From positions 9,030 to 73,029 of the forward strand of contig CAYJSI010000003.1 in assembly GCA_964373045.1 (NCBI GenBank): a DNA stretch of 64,000 nt. Reading direction: 5' to 3'. The notes under the pieces were generated by a model, which saw nothing but the letters and a program-made list of their open reading frames with translations, was not told where the DNA came from and searched no databases. The position numbers and the translations under genes were made by a program. Of the stretch, positions 21,906 to 34,049 are shown piece by piece. The stretch comes from an uncultured bacterium. Its GTDB lineage: Bacteria; Omnitrophota; Omnitrophia; Omnitrophales; Aquincolibacteriaceae. The stretch's first letter is position 1. Every line of letters starts with the position of its first letter.

Positions 21906-23129
21906 ATGCGTGACCGAGCGGTTTTAATGGGCTTAGTCCTTGTAGTTGCCCTGGCCTTTTCAAATGCCCTGCGGGCTGAGGAGGCGTCTTCTCGGGATTC
22001 CCTGGTTGACTTACGGAGCGAAGAAATTGAGGCCAAACAAAAGCGCCTGGATGAGGTGTCCAGTCAAGTCGAGGTGATGCATAAGCAGCTCGAGCTGGAG
22101 CGCCGCGACGCCCGTTCCCATCAAGAAAAAATCTGGAAGGAATTTTCGAATTCCCTTGAGGTGGAGCGAAGGGAAATGAAGGAAAAACTTGAAACGGTGG
22201 ACCAGAAGCAGCGGCTTTTTGAGATCGAGCTCGAAAAGAAAAAGCAGCAAGATGAACTTCGTCTTTCTGAAAGGGATGCCGAGATCAGGCGCCTGATGCT
22301 TCAGATGGACCGCCTTCGGACTGAAATTGACATCGACCGTAAAGAACTCGCTCAGTACAAAGAGAGGGCGAAAAGTCAAAAAGCAGATTCCGGCACCTCG
22401 GTGCTGCCGGGATCCGAAACCGGAAGCGAGGTGCTTGAGAATCAAGCGATTCGCATCACGGGGGCCAGCGGCCGCGAACTGATGGGTCAGTCCCCCATGC
22501 AGCCTCGGCAAATTCGCGCCGAATATTATGTCGAGATCGGTGATATTTTTGAAATCAATGTCTGGCGCGTCCCGGACCTTTCGGCGGCTGTCACCGTTCG
22601 CCCGGACGGTCGTATTTCCATGCCGCTCGTGGGTGATTTGGATGTCTTGGGTTTGACGTTGACGCAGGTGCGCGATGAGATGACAAAGCGGCTGGCGGAA
22701 TATGTCCGGGATCCTCAGGTCTCAATTTCGATCCGTCAATTCGGCGGCAGAAAATTTGTCATCCTGGGGCAGATTAAAACACCGGGTGTTTATCGATTCC
22801 AGCAAGAGATGTCACTCCTCGAAGCCCTGGCGCTTGCGGGTGGATTTGCAGACAATGCGAAACGTGGTAAGATCATGATTATTCGAGGGGACATCAAAAA
22901 GAATCCTCAGGTTAAGGTGATTTCGGCCAATGTTGACAACGTTTTGAAGAAAGGCATGTTGACCGAAAACCTGACCATTCTCTCGAATGATATCCTCTAT
23001 GTTGGAAAGGATTTCCTGGGAGACTTTAATGAGGTCATTGATGAGATGGTCAAGCCTGTCTTTAGCACAACCACCGATTTCTTTGTGGTGCGAAGCGCCG
23101 CCCGCGTTTCGTCGCAGAAACGAAATTAA
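21906..23129 (+). CDS. Polysaccharide export outer-membrane protein (Wza/KpsD-like: Poly_export + SLBB) with an unusually long N-terminal coiled coil
   Basis: ATG 21906 with aggaaggag RBS. Signal peptide MRDRAVLMGLVLVVALAFSNALRA. C-terminal YYVEIGDIFEINVW...PDGRISMPLVGDLDVLGLTLTQ...KFVILGQIKTPGVY matches the Poly_export/SLBB pattern. Confidence 0.75.
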   Translation: MRDRAVLMGLVLVVALAFSNALRAEEASSRDSLVDLRSEEIEAKQKRLDEVSSQVEVMHKQLELERRDARSHQEKIWKEFSNSLEVERREMKEKLETVDQKQRLFEIELEKKKQQDELRLSERDAEIRRLMLQMDRLRTEIDIDRKELAQYKERAKSQKADSGTSVLPGSETGSEVLENQAIRITGASGRELMGQSPMQPRQIRAEYYVEIGDIFEINVWRVPDLSAAVTVRPDGRISMPLVGDLDVLGLTLTQVRDEMTKRLAEYVRDPQVSISIRQFGGRKFVILGQIKTPGVYRFQQEMSLLEALALAGGFADNAKRGKIMIIRGDIKKNPQVKVISANVDNVLKKGMLTENLTILSNDILYVGKDFLGDFNEVIDEMVKPVFSTTTDFFVVRSAARVSSQKRN

Positions 23130-23151
23130 TTTCCTCAGGGGATGATGGCCC

Positions 23152-25152
23152 ATGGCTGAAGCGGTTGCGACTCTGCAGAAAAGCATTCCTTCCCAGACCT
23201 ACCATTACGAACTGACCTTAAGCGACTATTGGCGTACGATTGTCAAGCGTAAGGTGGTCGTCTTCGCCACTTTTATCGCTGCTCTCATCAGCGCCATTTC
23301 CTACACTAATGTTCAGATTCCACAATATCAGGCCTCCTCCGCCGTCCGCATCTCCTCGGGGACTCGTGCCTTTGGAGCCGATCAGTCCTTTTTTATGTCG
23401 CAGGTGGCGGACACGATGGCGATTTATTCCAATTCTATTACCAGCCAGGGAGTGATTGAGCGAGTCGTCATCCGCCTCGGTCTTTTGCCTCCGAGTGCTA
23501 CCGCGGCAGACCTCATGGATAAAGTCAATGAAATCAGAGGATCGATCTCGGCTCAGCAGGTGGAAATGACGGATAACATTGCCATCGAAGTCGAATACCC
23601 CAACCCTGAACTTGCCGCCTCCATTGCCAATCAAACCGCAGAAAGTTTTGCCCAGGTCGATTTGCTTCAAAAAACAAAACAGGCGAGGTCTCTTCGCCAA
23701 TTCGTTGAAAAACAGCTACTGTTATTTTCCGAGAAACTTAAGACGACGGAGGACCGCATTCGTTCTTTTCGTCAGACAGGCCGCACCTTTGGCATTGCCT
23801 CCGGGCTCGAACAGCAGCTTTCAGCCCTCGAAAAAGAAAAAAATCTTGCGCTGAAGCAGTTTACGGAAAAGCATCCGGATGTGCAGAAAATTGATGCCCA
23901 GATTGGATCCATTCGCGATCGAATTAAGAAGCTACCGGCGGATGAAATCGAATTGGCGAGGCTCCAGCGCGAACTTGAAATAAGCGACCGGGGTTACCGT
24001 ATGATGAAAGAAAAATATGAACAGGCGCGACTCGCAGAGGCGGAGCAGGTTGGCGATGTAACCGTCGTCGAATACGCCACGGTCCCGGATGCACCCATCT
24101 CGCCTCAAAAGAATCTCAATAAGATCATGGGTGCGATTGCGGGGCTCATTCTAGGGTTAACGCTTGCCTTCGTGGTCGAGAGTCTGGACACCTCCATTGG
24201 AACGATCGAAGACGTCGAGCGGACGGTTCATCTTCCGGTGATAGGTGTCATCCCTTTTTATAATCCTAAACAAGAGGAAACGCCCTGGTGGAGGCCGGAT
24301 AAAGCCATTCTACAATTTATGACGCGGCGCATGGATATGCCGCCAGAGCCGGCTTGTCTTATAATGAATCAAGACAGTTTTTCGACGCTATCCGAGGCCT
24401 ACCGTATTCTCCGGACCTTTCTCGAATTCTTGCTTGAGAAAAAGGTAAAGGAGGGGAAGATTATTGTTATCACCAGCACGGGACCCCAGGAAGGAAAATC
24501 GCTTACGGCGTGCAACCTTGCCATCTCCCTCGCGCAGGCGGGAAAAAGAACCATTTTGATCGACGCCGACTTGCGTCGGCCTGTCATGCACCGCCTCTTT
24601 GGTATTCAGCGCGAACCGGGTCTCGCGGAAGTTCTTTTGGGGACATCTCCCCTTCATGACGTGACGCGAAACATGGGGGATGTGCTTGTGGGGGAGACCT
24701 CCCAATGGGATCAGATGGTTACCAGCAAAATGCTGGACCGTCTTGAGATTGTGACCACGGGCGCTCGAAATCACACCCCAGCCGAACTTTTGGGTTCCGA
24801 TCAGTTAAAGTCTTTTCTCAGTCAGTTAAGGCTTCAATATGATTACATTATTCTGGATACGCCGCCCGTTCTTCCGGTGACGGATGCGAGGACGTTGGGC
24901 GTATTGGCCGATGCCACCTTTTTTGTTTATCGGGCAGGAAAAACGGCTCGCAGGGCGCTCATGCGCGCCAAGGGGGAGCTTGACTTGGCAGGGGTCAGCG
25001 TTAAGGGGATTATCTTGAATCACGCCACGCCTGAGGTCACTCTTACGGATAAATATTATTATCAATACTACGGACCGGATGAACTCAAAGGAAAGAAAAT
25101 CGCCGCCAAGAAAGCTGCAGCATCCAAACTGCCTGTTAAAAACCTGGATTAG
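23152..25152 (+). CDS. Polysaccharide co-polymerase / BY-tyrosine kinase (Wzc/EpsB-like)
   Basis: Two TM segments flanking a periplasmic coiled coil. Walker A IVITSTGPQEGKSLTACNLA, DxD ILIDADLRRP. C-terminal Tyr cluster DKYYYQYYGPDE. Confidence 0.85.
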   Translation: MAEAVATLQKSIPSQTYHYELTLSDYWRTIVKRKVVVFATFIAALISAISYTNVQIPQYQASSAVRISSGTRAFGADQSFFMSQVADTMAIYSNSITSQGVIERVVIRLGLLPPSATAADLMDKVNEIRGSISAQQVEMTDNIAIEVEYPNPELAASIANQTAESFAQVDLLQKTKQARSLRQFVEKQLLLFSEKLKTTEDRIRSFRQTGRTFGIASGLEQQLSALEKEKNLALKQFTEKHPDVQKIDAQIGSIRDRIKKLPADEIELARLQRELEISDRGYRMMKEKYEQARLAEAEQVGDVTVVEYATVPDAPISPQKNLNKIMGAIAGLILGLTLAFVVESLDTSIGTIEDVERTVHLPVIGVIPFYNPKQEETPWWRPDKAILQFMTRRMDMPPEPACLIMNQDSFSTLSEAYRILRTFLEFLLEKKVKEGKIIVITSTGPQEGKSLTACNLAISLAQAGKRTILIDADLRRPVMHRLFGIQREPGLAEVLLGTSPLHDVTRNMGDVLVGETSQWDQMVTSKMLDRLEIVTTGARNHTPAELLGSDQLKSFLSQLRLQYDYIILDTPPVLPVTDARTLGVLADATFFVYRAGKTARRALMRAKGELDLAGVSVKGIILNHATPEVTLTDKYYYQYYGPDELKGKKIAAKKAAASKLPVKNLD

Positions 25153-25171
25153 ACTTCTTCCCAACTAAGTT

Positions 25172-26188
25172 ATGGAAAAAATTTTGGTGACAGGGGGAGC
25201 TGGTTTTATTGGCTCTCATCTCATTGATTATTTCATCCGGCGAGGCGATCAAGTCCTTTGTCTCGACAATGTGACGACCGGCTCGATAGAAAACATTTCC
25301 CACCATCTCAAAAATCGAAGATTTCAGCTGATAAAAGGGAGTATTCTGCAGGAGCGCGTTGTCGACCAAGCGATGAAGCGAGTCGACTTAGTCTTTCACT
25401 TGGCCGCTGCCGTGGGGGTGCGGCACATCGTCGAAAATCCGCTTGAGTCCATCCGAGTGAACGTGGAGGGAACGGCGCTCATTTTAAAAAAGGCCTTTCA
25501 ATATAAGAAGAAAATTGTGATCGCCTCTTCCTCAGAAGTTTATGGGAAAAGCAGTCAGACTCCCTATAAGGAAGACGGAGATCGCCTGCTGGGTCCTACC
25601 ACGATCAACCGCTGGTCCTATGCGGCCAGCAAGTCGATCGACGAACATATCGCCATCAATTATTGGGGGCAGGGGCTTCCCACCGTGATTCTGCGTTTTT
25701 TTAATACCTACGGTCCCCGGATCAATGAGCAGGCTTACGGAACCGTGATCGCCCAATTTATCCGCCAGGCCTTTTTAGGAGAGCCCCTTACGGTTCATGG
25801 GGATGGGAAACAGATCCGGTGTTTTACCTATGTGACGGATACCGTAAGCGGAATTGTCAAATCATCTGAAGTCAAAGAAGCCGAGGGCCAGATTTTTAAT
25901 CTGGGTAATCCTCGGGCCATGACCATCACCGAACTCGCCGAGTGTATTAAGCGCCTTACCAAGAGCCCCTCACCGATTCATCATGTGCCTTACCGCGACT
26001 ATTACGGAATGAGTTATGAAGATACCCCGATTCGAATCCCTGATATTAGCAAGGCCCGCAAGATTCTTGGTTTCGAACCGCGCGTTTCGCTGGAAGAAGG
26101 GTTGAGACGCACCATTACCTGGTGTTTTGAGAATTACAATTCCGCCCGCAAGGCCATGGACGGGGCCATGGCACGAAAGGGTTCCTAG
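25172..26188 (+). CDS. NAD-dependent nucleotide-sugar epimerase/dehydratase (extended SDR; UDP-glucuronate decarboxylase/epimerase-like)
   Basis: TGGAGFIGSHL Rossmann motif. YAASK catalytic motif. 338 aa. Confidence 0.85.
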   Translation: MEKILVTGGAGFIGSHLIDYFIRRGDQVLCLDNVTTGSIENISHHLKNRRFQLIKGSILQERVVDQAMKRVDLVFHLAAAVGVRHIVENPLESIRVNVEGTALILKKAFQYKKKIVIASSSEVYGKSSQTPYKEDGDRLLGPTTINRWSYAASKSIDEHIAINYWGQGLPTVILRFFNTYGPRINEQAYGTVIAQFIRQAFLGEPLTVHGDGKQIRCFTYVTDTVSGIVKSSEVKEAEGQIFNLGNPRAMTITELAECIKRLTKSPSPIHHVPYRDYYGMSYEDTPIRIPDISKARKILGFEPRVSLEEGLRRTITWCFENYNSARKAMDGAMARKGS

Positions 26189-26193
26189 CTGTA

Positions 26194-26222
26194 TTGACAA
26201 GCGGTATCGTGTTTTGTATGAT
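26194..26222 (+). promoter_or_regulatory. Candidate sigma70 promoter (TTGACA-17-TATGAT) overlapped by the palindrome GGTATC-N11-GATACC
   Basis: TTGACA 26194-26199, 17-nt spacer, TATGAT 26217-26222. The inverted repeat ggtatcgtgttttgtatgatacc spans the spacer and -10. Lies 140 nt upstream of the IMPDH-family/guaA pair. Confidence 0.4.
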
Positions 26223-26361
26223 ACCGTAAATGGAAACGTATCTGCCCGTAAAACCCGGCCTTTTAAACCGTTTTATATCAAAAAATACAGCTCACTTGTC
26301 CGCACCTCCCCTGCCTTTCTCGCTTTCCTTTCTTTCAACGCCTGCACGGAGGACTTAGAAG

Positions 26362-27518
26362 ATGTCCGAATTTATCGGTCGTGATCGTAAGGCCCGCAGG
26401 GCTTATGGGTTTGACGAAATTGCCTTAGTCCCCGGAGACATCACGCTTAATCCGGATGAAGTGGATATCACGTTCCGGTTGGGAGCGATGTCTTTCGGAA
26501 TTCCCTTCCTCGCTTCAGCCATGGACGGCGTGGTGGATCCAAAATTTGCCATCGCCATGGGAAAACTAGGCGGCCTTGCCGTCCTTAATCTAGAAGGCAT
26601 TTATACCCGTTACGAGGACGTAGACGCCATCCTTGAAGATATCGCCAAGGCAACCCCCGAAGGGGCGACCAAACTGGTACAGAAGCTTTATGTCGAACCC
26701 ATCAAAGAAAAATTAATCACAAAGCGGATTCAGGAAATCAAAAAAGCAAAAGTTCTCTGCGCGGTAAGCTCCATTCCTCAGCGTGCCGAAAAATTCGGTA
26801 AAATTGCAGAGGAAGCAGGCGCGGATGTGTTTGTGGTTCAGTCCACCGTGACCACCGTACGCCATATTTCAACCTCCTACAAGGTGTTGGATTTCAGGCA
26901 ATTCTGCAAAGGCTTAAAAATCCCCGTCATCCTGGGCAATTGCGTGACTTATAAAATAGCCCTTGAGCTTGCGGAGACGGGGTGTGCCGGGCTCCTGGTT
27001 GGCATTGGACCGGGATCGGCTTGCACCACGCGTGGCGTCTTGGGGCTCGGCGTTCCTCAGGTGACGGCCATAGCGGACTGCGCCGCAGCACGCGAGTACT
27101 ATTATAAGAAGACGAGAAAATACATTGCCATTATTGCCGACGGTGGCATGTCCACCGGCGGCGATATCTGCAAGGCCATTGCCTGCGGGGCGGATGCCGT
27201 CATGGTGGGTTCTGCCTTTGCGCGTACCAAAGAGGCCCCAGGGCGCGGATTTCATTGGGGGATGGCCACGCCGCACGCCAATTTGCCGCGCGGCACCCGT
27301 ATCCGAGTCGGCACGACCGGCACTCTCGAAGAGATTCTTTTCGGCCCCGCTAAGCTGGATGACGGGACTCAAAATCTCGTCGGCGCGCTTCGGACTTGCA
27401 TGGGAAATATCGGGACCCGTAATATTCGAGAAATGCAGCTCACCGAAATTGTCATTGCGCCCGCCATTCGAACTGAGGGTAAACTCTTTCAGGCCGCACA
27501 GCGTGTCGGAATGGGCAA

Positions 27519-27522
<4 letters not shown>
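26362..27522 (+). CDS. IMP dehydrogenase/GMP reductase family protein lacking the CBS subdomain
   Basis: FDEIALVPG...[12 protein letters not shown]...[29 protein letters not shown]-barrel motifs. 386 aa with no CBS pair. Overlaps guaA (ATGA). Confidence 0.8.
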
Positions 27523-29056
<1,534 letters not shown>

Positions 29057-29057
<1 letters not shown>

Positions 29058-32000
29058 TGCCGCACGCTGATTTTGTCCATCTTCATTGCCATACGCAGTA
29101 CAGCCTCTTGGACGCGGCCTCGAAAGTCGGGAACCTGATTCGCCGTGCCGTCGAACTCAAATTTCCCGCCCTGGCCATGACGGACCACGGCAACCTTTTC
29201 GGGGCCATCGAATTCTATTCCCAAGCCATGAAACAGGGGATCAAACCCATTCTCGGCATGGAGGCCTACATCGCCCCCGGTTCGCGCTTTGACAAGCAGG
29301 CGCACGGCATCAAAGAGGCCTCGTTTCACATCACCCTTCTGGCGCGTAATGAAATCGGCTACAAAAATTTAATGAAGCTAACGAGCGCCGGCTATCTCGA
29401 GGGCTTCTATTACCGTCCCCGCATCGATAAAGAAATCCTTAAAAAACATTCCGAAGGACTGCTAGCCCTAAGCGGCTGTCTAAAAGGGGAGGTGCCCTAC
29501 TGTCTTCGTAACGGCCAGAGCGAAGATGCCAAACGGGCGATCGGCGAATTTGTGGAGATTTTTGGCAGGGACAGTTTCTTTTTTGAAATCATGGATCAGG
29601 GGCTTGAGCCGCAGAAAAAATTGACTCAGGAATACCTCAAACTTTCCAAAGAATTTAATATCAAATTGGTGGCCACCAATGACGCTCATTACATCTACCA
29701 GCAGGATGCCAAGGCCCATGACGCCCTTATCTGTATTGGGACAGGTTCGACCTTAGAGGAGCCGAACCGGTTGCGTTATCAGGGCGACGGTTTTTATCTT
29801 CGATCGGCCGAGGAGATGAAGGAGCTCTTTCGGGAGATCCCGGAGGCGATCAAGACCACGTTGGAGATTGCCGAGCGCTGTAACCTGGAGCTTGATTTTA
29901 CCAAGACCCATCTTCCGCATTTTGATCCGCCGCCCGGAAAAAATCATCAGGAGTATCTGGAAGAATTGTGCCGGGCGGGTTTGAACAAAGTTTTTGAGGG
30001 TGCCATTCCCTCCGATTATATTCCAAGGCTGCGTTATGAGATCGATTTGATTCATAAAATGGGGTACGCCGGCTATTTTCTCGTGGTGTGGGATTTTATC
30101 CGCTATGCCAAGGAAAACAAAATTCCGGTGGGGCCGGGCCGCGGGTCGGCGGCGGGAAGCCTTGTGGCCTATGCCCTCGGCATTACCAAAATTGATCCCA
30201 TCAAACACGGACTTATTTTTGAACGGTTTCTCAATCCCGATCGTGTGAGTATGCCCGATATCGATATCGACTTTTGTTATGAGCGCCGCGACGAGGTGAT
30301 TGATTATGTACGAAGAAAGTACGGGATGGAAAACGTGGCTCAGATCATCACCTTTGGGACCATGGCCGCCAAGGCTGTGGTGCGGGACGTCGGTCGGGTG
30401 ATGGGTCTTTCCTATCCGGAAGTGGATCGTCTGGCGAAGCTCATTCCGCTAGAGCTCAATATTACGATTGAAGAAGCCCTTCAGCGCGAACCCAAGCTGA
30501 AGGAGCTTGCCACCACGGACCCCAGGATCGGCCAATTGATAGAAACCTCCAAGGCCTTAGAGGGCCTCTCGCGCCACGCCTCGACCCACGCCGCCGGGGT
30601 CGTGATCTCGGATGCCCCGCTCACCGAGTATGTCCCTCTTTTTAAGGCCGATGAAATGGTTTCGACTCAATACAGCATGAAAGATCTCGAAAAGATCGGC
30701 CTGCTCAAAATGGATTTTCTCGGGCTGAAGACCCTTACCATGATTGATCAGACCATGAAGATCGTCAAAAGGACTCAGGGCATTCAAATCGAAATTGACC
30801 ACATTCCCTTTGATGACCGCACGACCTACGACATACTCGGACGTGCCGAGTCGGCCGGGGTGTTCCAGCTTGAAAGTTCGGGGATGCGCGACCTCTTAAA
30901 AAAAATGAAGCCGACTCACTTTGATCATTTGGTGGCACTCCTTGCCCTCTACCGTCCAGGACCGCTCGGGAGCGGGATGGTGGATGATTTCATACGTCGC
31001 ATGCACAATCCCTCCCTCATCAAATATGACCACCCCGCGCTGGAACCGATCCTCAAAGAGACTTACGGAGTCATCCTTTATCAGGAACAGGTGATGAAGA
31101 TTGTAAGCGAGCTGGCGGGTTTTACGCTAGCCAAAGCCGATTCCCTTCGTCGGGCCATCGGAAAAAAGATCCCTGAGATCATGGACCGCGAAAAAAAGGC
31201 CTTCGTGGACGGGGCTATGAAAAAGGGGGTCCGCGAAACGGTGGCCGAGCGCATCTGGAACCTGATTGATTACTTTTCAGGTTACGGTTTCAATAAGTCC
31301 CATTCCACAGCCTACGCCTTTATTTCCTACCAGACGGCTTATCTGAAGGCCCATTACCCGATTGAGTTTATGACGGCGCTGCTTACTTCCGAAATGGGTA
31401 ACACCAACAAGGTCGTGCTCTATATAGAAGAGTGCAAGAAAATGGGTATTGAGGTCTTGCCCCCCTCCGTGAATGAAAGTTATGCGGAGTTTACCTGTGT
31501 GGGGAAGAACATCCGCTTCGGTTTAAATGCCATTAAAAATGTGGGTTCGACGGCCATCGATTCGATCCTCGCTTCCACTCGCGAAAAAGGACCCTTTAAA
31601 TCCTTTTTTGATTTCACACAGCGAGTCGACCTTCGCGTTTGCAATCGCAAAGTTCTGGAGAGTTTAATCAAATGCGGGGCCTTTGATACGTTCAAGCTCA
31701 GGCGCTCGCAGCTGATGGCCATGGTCGACAAGGCGCTTGAGATGGGCTCGACCATGCAAAAAGATCGCGTCCGGGGACAGATGTCCTTTTTTGGGGCGGG
31801 GGGAGGGGAGGGGTCGAGCGATTTCGCCAAGATGGTTGCGGAGCCCGATATCCCCGAATGGCCGGAGAATCAGCTTTTAGCCTACGAGCGGGAGCTCCTC
31901 GGTTTTTATGTGACCTCGCACCCGCTGTCCAAATTTGAGAAGATTCTCAAAAACTACGCCACGGCGTCAACCAACAACTTGCAGGAATTCCGCGACCAGG

Positions 32001-32497
32001 CTGAGGTGACGATCGGGGGAATCATTGACAGCTTAAAAGAGATCATCACCAAAAAAGGGGACAAAATGGTCTTTGTGACCTTGCAGGATTTGAGCGGGTC
32101 CTGTGAGGTGGTGGTTTTCCCGGATTTATACCGGAGCGCTAACGCACTTATTCAAAAGGATACCGTGATCTTCCTCAAGGGCAAGATCAATGCGCGTGAC
32201 GATGTTCCGAAGGTCATTGCCGAAGAGATTGTGCCCATGGAGGAGGTAAAATCTCGCTTCACTCGCTATATTTCCATCGATCTTCAGACCGCAGGTCTTG
32301 ACCCCGAGCTCCTAAAAGCTATCCGGGATATTCTCACCAGTCACCGGGGAAAAATTCCCGTCTACCTCAACTTCCTGGATCCCAAGGGAAAATCGTCATT
32401 ACTCCATTCAGGAGAAGGACTTAAGGTGGATCCAACAGACGATCTTTTTCACGATCTTGAGTCGATCGTGGGTGAAAACTCAGTCAAAATTCGTTAA
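29057..32497 (+). CDS. dnaE: DNA polymerase III alpha subunit
   Basis: PHP domain FVHLHCHTQYSLLD. Polymerase core, OB-fold region. ~1146 aa from the ATG at 29057 (the track's GTG at 29048 is an alternative start). Confidence 0.95.
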
Positions 32498-32560
32498 TCC
32501 GAGCCACCCTGCCCTCTCTTAGTAACCTCACGTCTTATCACAAGTTATAACAAAATACGC

Positions 32561-32589
32561 TTGACAACCCCTTTGCTATTTGTTATTTT
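32561..32589 (+). promoter_or_regulatory. Candidate sigma70 promoter TTGACA-17-TATTTT upstream of the HU gene
   Basis: TTGACA 32561-32566, 17-nt spacer, TATTTT 32584-32589. Confidence 0.35.
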
Positions 32590-32687
32590 TTACGCATCTT
32601 CAGTCAGCACAATCGGTTGGATCATTTACGGTTGCTCTTAACGAAGGTAACCACTGTACCGAATGTCATCAAGAGGAGGTGAGGAGC

Positions 32688-32960
32688 GTGACCAAGAAGG
32701 ATATCGTGATCAAGGTTTCCAATGAGACGAATCTCACCCAAATCGATGTCAAGAAAATTGTCCAACGCACCTTGGATGTTGTTGTCGAAAGCCTCGAACG
32801 CGGCGAGACAGTCGAATTAAGGAATTTTGGAGTTTTCAAAGTAAAGCATCGGCGCGGTCGTCTGGGGCGAAATCCGCGCACGGGAGATGAGGTTTCTGTT
32901 CCTGAAAAGAAGGTAGTTATCTTTAAGCCTGGCTTGGTTTTGAAGCATAAAGTCAAGTAG
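32688..32960 (+). CDS. HU/IHF-family nucleoid-associated DNA-binding protein
   Basis: GTG 32688 with gaggag RBS. TKKDIVIKVS...LRNFGVFKVKHRRGRLGRNPRTGDEVSVPEKKVVIFKPG matches the HU arm signature. Confidence 0.85.
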   Translation: MTKKDIVIKVSNETNLTQIDVKKIVQRTLDVVVESLERGETVELRNFGVFKVKHRRGRLGRNPRTGDEVSVPEKKVVIFKPGLVLKHKVK

Positions 32961-32990
32961 CGCGAGGGAAGGGCCAGCGTAAGGGAGGGG

Positions 32991-33263
32991 TTGGACATGC
33001 CGGAAAAAGGTAAAGTCAAGTGGTTTTCCAACGTGAAAGGTTATGGTTTCATTGAGAAAGATGGCGGCGGGCAGGATATCTTCGTCCATTACTCTTCCAT
33101 CCAGGGAGAGGGATATAAAAAGCTAGATGAAGGCGAAGAGGTAAGTTTTGACATCGTCACCGGTGAACGCGGCCCTCAGGCCTCCAACGTGGTCCGCTCG
33201 AAAAAGTCCTCTAAGCAAGAGGGAAAGACCCCCGAAACTTCCGGGGAAGGCAAAAAGCAATAA
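32991..33263 (+). CDS. Cold-shock domain protein (CspA family) with a Lys/Glu-rich C-terminal tail
   Basis: [34 protein letters not shown]1/RNP2 motifs. Confidence 0.85.
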   Translation: MDMPEKGKVKWFSNVKGYGFIEKDGGGQDIFVHYSSIQGEGYKKLDEGEEVSFDIVTGERGPQASNVVRSKKSSKQEGKTPETSGEGKKQ

Positions 33264-34049
33264 TTGGCACCAGACTCCCCCCAAGAACGTTACCATCGTT
33301 TTTTCTCTTCCCATCCCCTTAAAAAACTGGGCCAGGTCATCGTGCTTTCCGATGCCGAAAGCCGTCACCTTCGAACCTCGCTTCGTATGGAAGCAGGCGC
33401 TCATTGTCTTGTGGTCGATGGTCTCGGAGCCGAAGCGAGAGCTCGGGTTCATGAGCTCCCAAGGCGGGCAGCGGCCAGGCTTGTGGTCGAGGAAATGATG
33501 GGTTCTCAGTCTTCCGTCCTGCGTGGGCCTGAGCTGGTCGTTTATGTCGGTATCCCTCAGCGGGGGAAGATGGACTCTTTAATTGAAAAGTCGCAAGAGC
33601 TCGGAGTCATGAGCGTTGTCCCTCTTGAAACAGAGAGAACCATGGTGAGAATGAAGGCTGGGGAGTCAGCAAAAGTTCTTTTCCGTTGGGAGAGGATCGC
33701 AAAGGAAGCGGCCAAGCAGTCGGGTGCGCTTAAGCTTCTTCAGATCTATGAACCCATTTCACTTATGAAGGCACTTGATTTAATCCCTCCTACGGCCGTC
33801 ACGGCAATTTTTCATCCTTCGGAAGATGCCCTCCCTTTTCGTCAGTGGGTCGATGATCTTTCCCGTTCACGGGAAAAGAGTATCCCCTCCTTTCACCTTT
33901 TTTTTGGGCCCGAAGGCGGTTTTTCAGAAGGTGAGGTAAGGCTTGTTTTAGAAAGAAAGGTGACTAAGATAGGGCTCGGAAAAACCCTCCTCAAAGTCGA
34001 CACGGCCTTTGTGGGGGTCATCTCCAGCTTAAGGTTTCTTTTTTCATGA
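33264..34049 (+). CDS. rsmE: 16S rRNA (uracil1498-N3)-methyltransferase RsmE
   Basis: RYHRFF...ESRHLRTSLRMEAG...GPEGGFSEGEV pattern. The first in-frame start is TTG at 33264, so the start is uncertain. Confidence 0.7.
   Translation: MAPDSPQERYHRFFSSHPLKKLGQVIVLSDAESRHLRTSLRMEAGAHCLVVDGLGAEARARVHELPRRAAARLVVEEMMGSQSSVLRGPELVVYVGIPQRGKMDSLIEKSQELGVMSVVPLETERTMVRMKAGESAKVLFRWERIAKEAAKQSGALKLLQIYEPISLMKALDLIPPTAVTAIFHPSEDALPFRQWVDDLSRSREKSIPSFHLFFGPEGGFSEGEVRLVLERKVTKIGLGKTLLKVDTAFVGVISSLRFLFS

Noticed and set aside
26223-26361. Possible purine riboswitch in the leader of the IMPDH-family gene (two CCGTAAA boxes)
   Set aside because: I could not fit the canonical P1-P2-P3 three-way junction (no UAUA/J2-3 GUUUCUACC equivalents). 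Left as an unexplained leader.
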